The notes: a model not told the origin generated them from the letters alone. 50,020 nucleotides of DNA from Nemertoderma westbladi (GCA_032718475.1 JAUCBJ010002554.1:1-50020), one strand, 5' to 3'; numbered from the stretch's first letter, positions 12,245 through 23,301 are shown. Program-made: numbers and translations.

Positions 12245-12532
12245 CTTCCCTCATGGTGCTTTCCAACTTCTCTAATGATTAAAGCGTGGAGATTATCATC
12301 AACAACTATTGTGATATTCTTAGACGGATATAATTGTTTTCCGTTATGGAACCAAGAAACTTTCGGTTTCGGTTCACCAGACACCTCACATTCAAACTGA
12401 ACAAGATCTCCTTCTCTGCACACGGAATTCTTTATGGATTCAACGAATGTCGGTGGAGTTTCTTCTATACTCACAACTAATTGGGCAGAAGAAATAGTTC
12501 TTCCAACACCATTGTCAGCGATAGCTTCGTAT
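12245..12532 (-). CDS. Ig gene B exon 3 (288 nt I-set cassette)
   Basis: Acceptor ttatctag|A TAC GAA, donor GGA AG|gtttgt. Translation YEAIADNGVG...PPTFVESIKN...VQFECEVSGEPKPKVSWFHNG...LHALIIREV..HEGR. Confidence 0.9.
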
Positions 12533-12638
12533 CTAGATAATACATCATTGCAATTGGTTGTGTTAATGAGGTTCCGTCACTCCGTAATTGTTATAGAGAT
12601 AACACTTTATACCTTATATGCATCGCATATCCAACATT

Positions 12639-12974
12639 GAAGGTAGGACAATTCCGACTCGGACAATTCCGACTAATGAAAATTTCATTCGATCTCTGAA
12701 TCGGTCGGAATTGTCCGGGTCGGAATTGTCCGTGTCGGAATTGTCCGTCGGAATTGTCTGGGTCGGAATTGTCCAGGTCGGAATTGTCGTGGTCGGAATT
12801 GTCTGGGTTGGAATTGTCCGGGTCGGAATTGTCGTGGTCGGAATTGTCGTGGTTGGAATTGTCCAGGTCGGAATTGTCGTGGTCGGAATTGTCCGGTCGG
12901 AATTGTCCAGGTCGGAATTGTCCGGGTCGGAATTGTCTGGGTTGGAATTGTCCGGGTCGGAATTGTCCGTACAC
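12639..12974. mobile_element. Mutator/foldback-like non-autonomous element made of 15-bp repeats (gtcggaattgtccgg)
   Basis: Two inverted units (ggacaattccgac) at the left end face about 18 direct units. Flanked by the 9-bp direct repeat tccaacatt (12630-12638, 12975-12983). Confidence 0.7.
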
Positions 12975-13079
12975 TCCAACATTGTGTGATGATACATGAT
13001 GGTATTGCTGAATATAAAAATAAATCTTTTAATAACACCTACAAATTATATAACAAACTCATTTAGGAACATTCAATGG

Positions 13080-13140
13080 ACAGACTATACCGACAGACTA
13101 TACCGACAGACTATACCGACAGACTATACCCACAGACTAT
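13080..13140. repeat. 13-bp tandem repeat (cagactataccga) about x4.5
   Basis: Read directly. Confidence 0.85.
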
Positions 13141-13344
13141 CACCGAATCATAATCCTAAAAAGTAAAAGTATAGTTTTCTATTTCTATATTTTCTATTTT
13201 CTATATAATTACACATAAAGTCTTACGATTTATATCGAGTGCGGTCCCCCAAGAAATTTACTCCTCAGGGAAAACTGTTACTCATTTAGCTAATATTTTA
13301 GGATGCTAGGCAACGATGCGCCCTGGTTAGTCCCCCCTTTACAG

Positions 13345-13375
13345 CATTCAGGGATCGAACCCATGACCTCTAGAG
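13345..13375 (-). mobile_element. Remnant of a tRNA-derived SINE head (B-box)
   Basis: Minus strand gaggtcatgggttcgatccctg looks like a T-arm/B-box. No complete cloverleaf. Confidence 0.35.
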
Positions 13376-13460
13376 AGATGTGAATTCGAGGCAACGAATT
13401 TAACTACTACGGAAGGATTCGGATCTGAGTAGAAACTTCAAACAATTGATGTTCTTGGCA

Positions 13461-13588
13461 TTACGTGGTTGGTTGGGTACTAATAGAGTAGAGTTACGTG
13501 ATTGGTTGGGTACTAACAGAGTAGAGTTACGTGATTGGTTGGGTACTAACAGAGTAGAGTTACGTGATTGGTTAGGTACTAACAGAGT
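13461..13588. repeat. 33-bp tandem repeat about x4 (ttacgtgattggttgggtactaacagagtagag)
   Basis: Read directly. Confidence 0.85.
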
Positions 13589-13817
13589 ATAATACTGTTC
13601 AAAATGTACTGTTATTATAATTGTATTTTTAATTTTAAATTTAAATTGATCGCTGTTACCCAAGTTTTCGAGGTTTCTTAAATTAACCATCATCGTTGAC
13701 AGCGCAATATAGAACAAAGCCGCAATTCTTGTTCAGATGAACAATACCATGTTTATCATAATATATGAATGTATTTAAATAGTTGTTAACATGTTGATAA
13801 TGTTGCTCAACACTCAC

Positions 13818-14105
13818 CTTCCCTCATGATGTTTCTCAACTGTTCTAATAATCAATGCATGCAACTCTTCATCAACAACTATTGTGATATTCTTAGACGG
13901 ATATAATTGTTTTCCGTTATGGAACCAAGAAACTTCTGGTTTCGGTTCGCCAAACACCTCACATTCAAACTGAACCAGATCTCCTTCTCTGCACACGGAA
14001 TCGGTGATGGATTCGATAAAACTCGGTTCAGCTTCTTCGATATTGAGAACTAATTGCGCAGTTGACGATGTTTTCTCAATACCATTGTCAGCCACAGCTT
14101 CATAT
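13818..14105 (-). CDS. Ig gene B exon 2 (288 nt I-set cassette)
   Basis: Acceptor tttacag|A TAT GAA, donor GGA AG|gtgagt. Very similar to exon 3. Confidence 0.9.
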
Positions 14106-14291
14106 CTGTAAATATTTACATTATTTTCAGTTCGTTTGACTTTTTGTACCATGGAATGTTAGTGAATAGTGGCTGTTGAGTGAAAAGTACACGGTAACCT
14201 GTATTTGGATATAGATGGGACATTATCATAGACACTATGTATGACATGTTAGTGTTATACATTGGATTCGGGTTTGTTTTCTTCATGATTT

Positions 14292-14552
14292 TCGCAGATA
14301 GAGGGGGAAACTGGACGCAATAAAATCTATCCAGGGGAAATTAGACGCAAATAACAGCTGATTACTCTCAAAAATAAAACTTTAACCTGTTCTATTGTGT
14401 TTAGTTTATTGTTTTGGTTAAAATAACGTGCCACTGTAACCTGTTCCTTTCCCTAAATTGAGAATTTAACATTGAGGCGGGATATTAATTCGCCAAGGCA
14501 GGATTTGCGTCCAGTTTCCCCCCCCCCCCCCCCCCCCCACCCCCTTGTCTCG
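14292..14552. mobile_element. MITE with terminal inverted repeats (ggggaaactggacgcaa / ttgcgtccagtttcccc)
   Basis: TIR pair is visible. The interior is homologous in inverted orientation to about 20640-20850 (taacagctgattactc, tattgttttggtta, ccactgtaacctg). Confidence 0.7.
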
Positions 14553-15390
14553 ATTTTCGGGGAATTAATAGTTGGCATCAGAGCACCATACGCTGCAACA
14601 GCAATGTATCATAAAGTCAGAAGAGGGTCATTTCACGTTGGCGCTCATTGGGGACTTCATAACTTTTATTGAAATAATATATTACTTTATATACTCAAAT
14701 CGACTGCTTATTGCTCGCGGGAGTGAAATATTATTTGTAACACTATGTCAGCTTATCAGCGCAGCGTTCTGTTTCTATTTTCATAACGTAGCAATGTACT
14801 TTGCAGCGTTGCGGCCTTTAGGATGGAATGCTACAAAGTAATCACTAACTTAGTAACTTCTGAACTTGTCCTCAGTATTCTCCATTGCCGATAGCCATTG
14901 CAGGCTACGTGTAAGATTATTTACTGTACAGTTGTATCAGTAACTGCAACTTATTGCATAAAAAGGATACGACTTTCATCAATATTCCCAAATATTACAA
15001 TATTAAAGGTAATAATTGCGCGTTTCGAACGTCGATAAGTAGACATAATGTAACAAAATTACATACACCATTGTGTAAAAAGAGCACCAAATATTCAGCG
15101 TTTCTGACCCTTATATATTTATGTAAACCTCCTTCCCAGCACTCGCTCGGTACATAAATACCCTCGAGGTCAGAACGCTGATAAGTGCTACTTTTCATAC
15201 AATGATGTAAAATGGTTGTATATATTTATGTTATATTTTATAAAAATAATTTATATTTATATATGGAGAGACATACATTTTAGTTAAATGAGTTGAAATA
15301 AATAAATAAAAAATTTAAAAATAAATGGTTAAAATACTCCTTAAATTTTCTAGAACCAAATTGCTATATATGCCACATCGCTGTACTCAC

Positions 15391-15920
15391 AGGCCAATGT
15401 CGTCTTCAGTAGCATTCCGTATCATAAGCGCATGGTAACCATCTTCAGCAACAATTGTTATATTATTCGTTTCTTTTATTTTCTTTCCTTTATGATACCA
15501 AGAAACCCTTGATTTTTCGCCCTCTTGAACATCTGTTACTTGGCACTCGAACTGAACTAAATCCCCAACCATAAATGTTGTGTCTCGTATTTCGTCACCG
15601 AATCTAGGTGGTTCTACATTGTCTGGTAGATCGACGTTTAATCGAGCTGATGAAGTAACTTCCCCATCATCATTCTTAGCTACTATCTTGTAGACACCTT
15701 CATCGCTTCTCTCTACACCTTTGATAATCAGTGCAAATTGTTCTATATCTTGGACATAGATGATCTTCCTGGATGGTACGAGTTTTTTATCGTTATGATA
15801 CCAGGATACACTAACATCTGGGGAGTCAATGTCGCATTCGAACTGGACTATATCGTTTAGACGACCTGTACGATCTTCTGGGAAATGGGTGATTTCCGGT
15901 CCTACTTTCTGAATTGACAT
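15391..15920 (-). CDS. Ig gene B exon 1 (Ig1 plus most of Ig2). Full gene join(15920-15391,14105-13818,12532-12245,11872-11653), 441 aa
   Basis: ATG at 15920. I-set motifs VQFECD..WYH...ALIIKGV..DEGVYKIVAKN. Donor GGC CT|gtgagt in phase 2. No signal peptide. Confidence 0.85.
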
Positions 15921-17137
15921 ATTTCCAGGAAAATATAATAAAGTTTTTAAGTATATCAGTTGATACAGTTAATTAGTTGACATCTATAGTGAGCATCAAC
16001 TACACCCACGTGAGAATATTATATAATAAGATCTATTAAACAGACTTTTTGTCCAGAAGCAGCAACTAAATAAAACAATAACTTCGCAGTCACATAAAAT
16101 TGTTTTGCACCATAGTATTTATGTTTAACAACATTACATTAGATTTAATATTGTACATTATATAGTTGGACATTTTTGCAGTAGTATATTGCATAACAGT
16201 AGGTAGGTCTACACTAGGTGCTCGTACATAGATATTATGACAGCCTTTCGTACTGGGACTATTTAGATCGTCTATTAACACACACCTGTGTCAACTGGGG
16301 GTGGTTTCACTGTTGAGGGATTATTGCACTGCTTTGGCTATCTCTCTATATTTACACAAATTTACTATGGTAATATTCCAAGATTCATCACTTTATTGTT
16401 AATTAATAGCGTTTCGAAACGTTGGGTAATATGGTTGGGATTGCTTGAAAAATTTTGGCACATTCTAGCGATTACTTGAGCTAATTATTAATAGCTAGCT
16501 AGTTATGTGTTGTTCCCTCCCTTGTTGTTGACCTTGAAAAGTCTAACCCGGCTGCACAGCACCAACTAACTGTACCAAATGGTGAACGGTGAACCGGTGA
16601 ACCAAATGCAGTACAATAGTGCTCAACTTTGGTGTTCGTCTTTATCCTTTATCCCGGGGATTACGCACAAAGCCTGGTAAGATAATTTACAGTGCGGTCC
16701 AGCTCTCTACTCTTCTTCTCTGTCAGAGTATTCGGTATCGCGATAATCTGTAATATTTATTATCATACATAAATGTTTACCTGTAATTTTATATGAGTTT
16801 GATTCCGCTATAGGATTTGTTTTATAGTTTATGTTGTTATTAATGAGTTATGTTGTATCCATGCAATTTAACAAGATATTTAACTTACTTTTTCGAGTAA
16901 AAAAAGCGGTGTTTTCCGCTTACTTTTTTTTGCCGATTAATAGTCCTATAGTAAAGGAAAAATATAGTGGAAGAACGAATTAGTATATGTACAGGTTATA
17001 AGACAGAAATAAGCGCTATAAAACACTTAATAAAGATCAATTAAAAAAATAAAAAATCTTCATATAAAATTCCAATAAAAGTCGACCGAAAAGTGAAATC
17101 CTGGTATTCTTCACATGGGCGTCTAATCTTATCTAAA

Positions 17138-17612
17138 ATTATGTGTGAGCATATTAATTATGTGTGAGCATATTAATTATGTGTGAGCATATTAATTATG
17201 TGTGAGCATATTAATTATGTGTGAGCATATTAATTATGTGTGAGCATATTAATTATGTGTGAGCATATTAATTATGTGTGAGCATATTAATTATGTGTGA
17301 GCATATTAATTATGTGTGAGCATATTAGTTATGTGTGAGCATATTAATTATGTGTGCACATATTAATTATGTGTGAGCATATTAATTATGTGTGAGCATA
17401 TTAATTATGTGTGAGCATATTAATTATGTGTGAGCATATTAATTATGTGTGCACATATTAATTATGTGTGCACATATTAATTATGTGTGAGCATATTAAT
17501 TATGTGTGAGCATATTAATTATGTGTGAGCATATTAATTATGTGTGAGCATATTAATTATGTGTGAGCATATTAATTATGTGTGCACATATTAGTTATGT
17601 GTGCACATATTT
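17138..17612. repeat. 19-bp satellite (attaattatgtgtgagcat) about x25
   Basis: Read directly. Degenerate inverted units follow at about 17680-17800. Confidence 0.95.
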
Positions 17613-18645
17613 ATCGTCCAAATTCCATTTGTGTTCACTTCCCTGTTTTCAATTTCAATGTACACTCTAAAATAAGTGTGAACACATATAAATTAAGAGC
17701 ACAAGCACATAAATATGTGTACACACATAAATTAAGAACAGGAATACTTAAAATATGATCATGAACTCTTAAAATAAGAACAATAATTCTTAAAATAAGA
17801 ATATGGACTCTAAATACTCACAGCCGAGTGTAAACATCTGACAATACAGGAAACAGGACAGGGGGGGGGGGGGGGGGGGGGGGGCATTTACATCAAACAC
17901 TGAATAGACTTTAACCAACTTGGTAAGGCTTTTGTGATTTATCAATGGTGGTAACATAAAGTTGATGATATTCCCAACTCAAATTCAGAGGGCACAACTT
18001 TATCGTAGGTTTCTGAATGGAGTACTGTTGCCTTGGTTACCGAAGATCCACGTTATTTCGATACAACTTGTTCGACGAACCTATATAATGGTAGTTGTAA
18101 ACTGAAAGTTGGTAGTTGGTAATACGATTTTATATGTGTAGAACGTTCCACATCATTACGTTATATGCAAACAAGTAATGCAGAAGTCTCAGTCAGAAAC
18201 TAAGTAACCAGGAAATCAGAGGTGTAAACTGGAAATCCTATTTGTGACATATTTTTTTACAAATCTGCTTCTACGGTATAGTAAAGAGATACTCGATGAA
18301 GGAGGAACGGGGGGGGGGGGGTGGACTTATTAATTAATTAATTAATAATACCGTTATTACCGTTGCAGTTATTCATTGTTGTAAGTGAGTGATACGTTTC
18401 GACCGACGCGAACCGCAACCCGTATGTCTATTTACCCCAGACGATTGCAACATTTTGGTGTGCTGTCGATTATTTTTAGTCCCAGATATGTTTCTCTTCG
18501 GCAATGTTACTAGACGAATCGGGTTGAAAAAATATGAGGCATTAAAAGTGTCAGAAATGCGATTAAATACGATAGTTTCAGGTTAAACCAACTAGACCTC
18601 TAGCTTTGATAAACCGCAAATAATCATACATCGATAGGCATAATA

Positions 18646-19662
18646 GGTCTCAGGTCTTTATATCCCAGGGGTCTTTATATCCCAAGGGTCTTTATATCCC
18701 ACCCTAAAAAAATGGGTCTTTATATCCCAAGGGTCTTTATATCCCAGGGGTCGTTATATCCCACTTCTAAACTAAAATCGGGTCTTTATATCCCAGGGGT
18801 CTTTATATCCCAAGGGTCTTTATATCCCAGGGGGCTTTATATCCCACCAGTTATTCTGGGAGAATAAATTCTTTGGTGGGAAATTCAAACTTTTGGCTTG
18901 TACTGCTGTACAGTACTACTTACAGTACGGTGGAGGAGAGGGTGGACTAGGTGTTGGTGGAGGAGAGGGTGGACTAGGTGTTGGTGCCGGTGTGGGTGGA
19001 CTAGGTGTTGGTGGAGGAGAGGGTGGACTAGGTGTTGGTGGAGGAGAGGGTGGACAAGGTGTTCGTGGAGGAGAAGGTGGACTAGGTGTTGGTGGAGGAG
19101 AGGGTGGACTAGGTGTTGGTGGCGGTGTGGGTGGACTAGGTGTTGGTGGAGGAGAGGGTGGACTAGGTGTTGGTGGAGGAGAGGGTGGACTAGGTGTTGG
19201 TGGCGGTGTGGGTGGACTAGGTGTTGGTGGAGGAGAGGGTGGACTAGGTGTTGGTGGCGGTGGTCTAGGTGATAATGGAGGAGGCGGTGGATTAGGTGTT
19301 GGTGACAGGGTTTACCTTCAATTGTAAATATTTTAATAATTAATTTTTATCCTTAATTATTATACTAGTTATTGTTATATTTCCTCAGAAGTATATTTAT
19401 TGAAAAGTTGCGGGACCATTACAAAAAGGACCTACTGGATATAAAGCCCCCTGGGATATAAAGCCCCTTGGGATATAAAGCCCCTTGGGATATAAAGACC
19501 CCTGGGATATAAAGACTCGCTTTTAGTGTAGAAATGGGATATAAAGACCCCTGGGATATAAAGACCCTTGGGATATAAAGACCCATTTTTAAGGCTTTTT
19601 TTAAGATGGGATATAAAGACCCCTGGGATATAAAGACCCCTGGGATATAAAGACACCCAATC
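18646..19662. mobile_element. Foldback/Mutator-like element: inverted arms of 16-17-bp repeats (gggtctttatatccca) around a 27-bp GC-rich minisatellite
   Basis: Arms 18646-18846 and 19436-19662 are reverse complements. The 8-bp direct repeat gcataata flanks it at 18638-18645 and 19663-19670. Confidence 0.8.
18929..19305. repeat. 27-bp minisatellite (ggtggaggagagggtggactaggtgtt) about x13
   Basis: Read directly. Translates as GGGEGGLGV (+) or TPSPPSPPP (-). Confidence 0.9.
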
Positions 19663-20639
19663 GCATAATATAATACCGGTATAATCCACAGCTTGCAGCG
19701 CATAGCGGCGTGGCAAATAGAATTCAGGTGACAAACAATAGCATTTTATGTACTCGTTTGTATTAATTTTGGGTCTAATTGTATTTTTTCTACATCAATT
19801 GGACATCTACTGAGTACCAGACCCCCATCTTAGTAATGCCGTACAGCTATTTAATAAAGTTATAGAATCTTGAGTTCTTTCGAAGGTTTAACAAATTAAA
19901 GGTTGCTTTATGTATTTTTAAGCCAATAAATAAAAAATAATTAATATATACTATATACATTCTGATAAATTACATATCAAATATTTACATAGATGAATTT
20001 ACCTACTAAAATGTTTACAATATCATCATTAAGTAAAAGAGAAATTCTAAAACATCTAAAATCGTCAGTTGTAGTCATTCTAAATTATGATTTTGCTCTT
20101 GAAAATCATAAGAAGATATTTTAGTTAGTAAAATAAAAGTCTTTATTATATTGTAAATATTTCCTATCTAGTATTTATTGAGTTAATATTAAAAACTTAT
20201 TTATATATACTCTATATATACACTTATTTTCTGTTTTTGCTACAACAACTTGAAAACAACTAACTTTTCTTTGTCTTTTAAATAACTAACAATTACTTAT
20301 ATTATAACTTATATTACTTATATATGCATCAATACATTTACTATAAATATAAATAAGCGGTACCGGTACCTAAATAGTTTTGTCGCTAGATGGGGGGGTT
20401 GTAGAATCAGCCTCAGTGAATAACAGAGGGCGCATAATTTTTAGTACAAATTTTAAAATTTAATTTAAAATTTACAACTTGGATCACTCAATAGAAAAAT
20501 CAATTCATAAAAAGATAATAACTAGAAGGGTTCTGCTCTGTGTCCGTTTGTCTGTTAGCTAGGAACAGTACGAACATTCAGACAAACAAATCAGAAAAGT
20601 CCTGCTAATATATTTCGTTGGCTGTGTCTCCCTGAGAAG

Positions 20640-20850
20640 GGGGGGGGGGGGGGGGGGCTTGATATAAAATCCATTGATTTTTTATAAAAATCTTATCTCA
20701 ATATTAAATTATCAATTATGGGAAAAGAGCAGGTTACAGTGGTTCATTATTCTAACCAAAACAATAAACAAATGTTAATACAACATTATACTGTTTATTT
20801 TTCGTGAGTAATCAGCTGTTATATACGTCGATTTTCCCCTGGAGATGGAT
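20640..20850. mobile_element. Degenerate inverted copy of the 14292-14552 MITE family
   Basis: Shared blocks caggttacagtgg, taaccaaaacaataaac, gagtaatcagctgtta, ttcccctgga. Confidence 0.65.
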
Positions 20851-20944
20851 GACCCTATCTGGTAGCCCCACATCCTAATATTAAGATTATTTACAGAATG
20901 TGTACATCCTTAATATTGAGAAGTTTAATTTATCATTTATGAAT

Positions 20945-21308
20945 TTACACCATTAAACAATAGGAAGCGATTTCGTCTCGTGTAAGATAGTCCCTTTTCC
21001 CCTGACCTATAACCAGCAGGACTTTATGCTTGGCTGCAGACAGTTCATTGTGACTCAATTCCTGATTCCGCAGGTCGAATAGATCCTTTAGGAATGTTAT
21101 TAATTCAGTACCGTTGAGGTTCCCATCCGAATCTTTATCGTAATAGGCAAAGACTTCATTGTACTCGGCTCGTGTCAGCCGCAAACCAAATCGAAACTTC
21201 CTCATAACATTTACGTAGCTATCGGTTTCTACGGGTTTCTTCACTTCCAGATTTAGTGTGGCGGACAAAGTTTGATTTCCTTCGGAATTCTGTGCCACTG
21301 CATCATAT
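20945..21308 (-). CDS. Ig gene A exon 3: end of Ig3 plus calretinin/calbindin-like C-terminal EF-hand pair, stop
   Basis: Acceptor ttttag|A TAT GAT. EF loop DKDSDGNLNGTE within LTRAEYNEVFAYY...LITFLKDLF. Second, degenerate hand ...KRDYLTRDEIASYC. Confidence 0.85.
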
Positions 21309-21814
21309 CTAAAATAAATAACATTCAACTGAATATTTTTTACTAACTAGTTAAACATCTCCCTTTGTTAGGAATAATCACAGTTTTGAATGTTCGTGCA
21401 AACAATATCACGGAATATAGTGTATTAATTAAGGTACCGGTACTCCAACTCGGATACCGGTATCCGGGTTCCAACTCCTCAAACAAATTACTCTGAATTA
21501 AAGTAGAAACACAAAATTTGTATCCGTTAGTACCTAAACTTTTTGCACACATTTTTTCATTCCATATCCCGTCACTTCAAAGCAATACTCTAATGTTCAA
21601 ATAAATATTATTAAAGATGTATTTCTTTCAAATGTAAATTAAAGAATAATAAGAGTGTTCTAAAGGTTGTGTAAGATTTCTTAAATTCTAGTTTTTTTTA
21701 CTAAGGTTCATTCAGGTTTTCTATGATTTTATGGTTACTGCTACCACACAGGAGCGAGAAACTTGTACGTCCTCTGGAAGTCCTCTAGCTCCTATGTAGG
21801 TCTAGAATACTCAC

Positions 21815-22102
21815 CTGCCTGTGTGCTCCTGAGATACTTCTCTTATTATTAAAGCATGTAAATCTTCATCTACAACTATTGTGATATTCTTAGACGGCTG
21901 TAGTCGCTTTCCATTGTGGTACCAAGAAATGTCAGGTTTTGGTTCACCAGTTACTTCGCACTCAAACTGAACTAGATCTCCGGATTTACATAGATTGTCG
22001 TTCATCTTTCCAACAAATGTCGGTGGCGATTCCTGAGCTTCGACATTCAGTGTCGCTGTTGATTTGGCTACATCAATTCCGTTATCAGCTACAGCATCGT
22101 AT
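21815..22102 (-). CDS. Ig gene A exon 2 (288 nt I-set cassette)
   Basis: Acceptor tcttttag|A TAC GAT, donor GGC AG|gtgagt. Paralogous to gene B exons 2 and 3. Confidence 0.9.
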
Positions 22103-22182
22103 CTAAAAGATTTAAGTTCAACATCTCTTTTAATTAGTTGGGGACTACAAACACTAATGATTTGTATACAAAAATGTGATAT

Positions 22183-22416
22183 CAAAGCAAACAGTTGGCC
22201 GAGGCCGGAGGCGAGCCGAAGGCTCCTCTTTCGATAGCTGCTACCCGAAGGTAGGGGTGGGCGCTACTCCTATCCCTTGATTTGCTCCCATTAATTTTCT
22301 GGTTCTCATTTTATCAACAGCAGTGGATGAAAAGCTTAGTGGAACCTGGCGGGGTTGAACCTACAACCAATAGACTGCAGGCCCGGCGCTGAAACTAACT
22401 GAGCGAGCGCCCCACC
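22183..22416 (-). mobile_element. tRNA-derived SINE in intron 1 of Ig gene A
   Basis: Minus-strand head gggcgctcgctcagttag...ggttcaaccccgcc (A and B boxes). Central taagcttttcatcc...gataaaatgagaacc. GC-rich tail. Near-perfect 11-bp flanking repeat aaa(t/c)gtgatat. Confidence 0.75.
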
Positions 22417-22786
22417 AAACGTGATATTATACATCAAGTGATAAGCAGTGAGTTAGCTAATCTGTAACCCTAGATGAATGGAAGGTATTCTAAAGAGACT
22501 AAACTAGGAGAAGACAAAGTTTGTATGTAAGGGCAGTTAAACGAATAAATATATCGTTGCCAAGCGAATAAGCTTTTAAGACTCTCTGTTAAGGTTCTCT
22601 ATTAAATAGATAAGGCTTTTAACATTAATACATATATTTACTTAAGCACCTTCGCCTTCAATTCAATTATTTGAAACAGTTAAAACAATAATACTTAGAA
22701 CAATAATAAATAAAAGTGTATGGTGTTAGATAGTGTAATATTGAAACAAATCAATAATAAAATGGTATTTTACAATAATTACTAAC

Positions 22787-23301
22787 ATTCCTTTATGTTC
22801 CCTTTCAACTGTTCTTATAATGAGAGCCCGTAGATTGTCATCTTGTACTATTGTTATATTTTTCGATGCTTCCAGCTTCCTACCATCGTGGTACCATGTG
22901 ACTAACGGTTGGGGTTCGCCAGTAACTTCGCACTCGAATTGAACTAAATCCCCGGCCCGACAGGATGTATTGCGGATATGTTCGAGGAATACCGGTGGTT
23001 CATTGACTACCTCGAACCCGAGCCGTGCCGAACCAGAAACCCGGCCTTCACTGTTCTCCGCAACGAATTTGTAGACCCCCTCATCCCCCGGTTTAACTCC
23101 CTTTATTATCAACGCGAATTGCTCAACATCTTGAACGTATATAATTATGTTACTGGGCTCTAGTAGCTTGTCTTCGTGGTACCAAGTTATCTTTGCCTCT
23201 GGAATGTTGAGGTCAAAGTCGAATTGGACGAAATCCCCGACTCTAGCGATGAGATTGTCTTCGGGAAAGTGCTGGATTATTGGTGCGACAACTCGACTCA
23301 T
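22787..23301 (-). CDS. Ig gene A exon 1 (Ig1 plus most of Ig2). Full gene join(23301-22787,22102-21815,21308-20945), 388 aa
   Basis: ATG at 23301. Paralogous to gene B exon 1 (HFPED, YVQD.EQFALIIKGV, DEGVYK). Donor GGA AT|gttagt in phase 2. No signal peptide. Confidence 0.85.

Noticed and set aside
12591-13038. ORFs such as GQFRP, DNSDP and TIPTT repeats
   Set aside because: Open in several frames on both strands because of a 15-bp repeat inside an intronic transposon.
22340-22413. Functional tRNA gene (Cys-like anticodon)
   Set aside because: Acceptor stem does not pair well, and the head continues into a SINE body with flanking direct repeats.
11653-23301. Fragment of a giant titin/twitchin or a cell-surface IgSF receptor
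   Set aside because: Two paralogous ATG-bearing first exons and two stop-containing last exons. No Fn3 or kinase exons, no signal peptide, and no F-strand Cys for the Ig disulfide.
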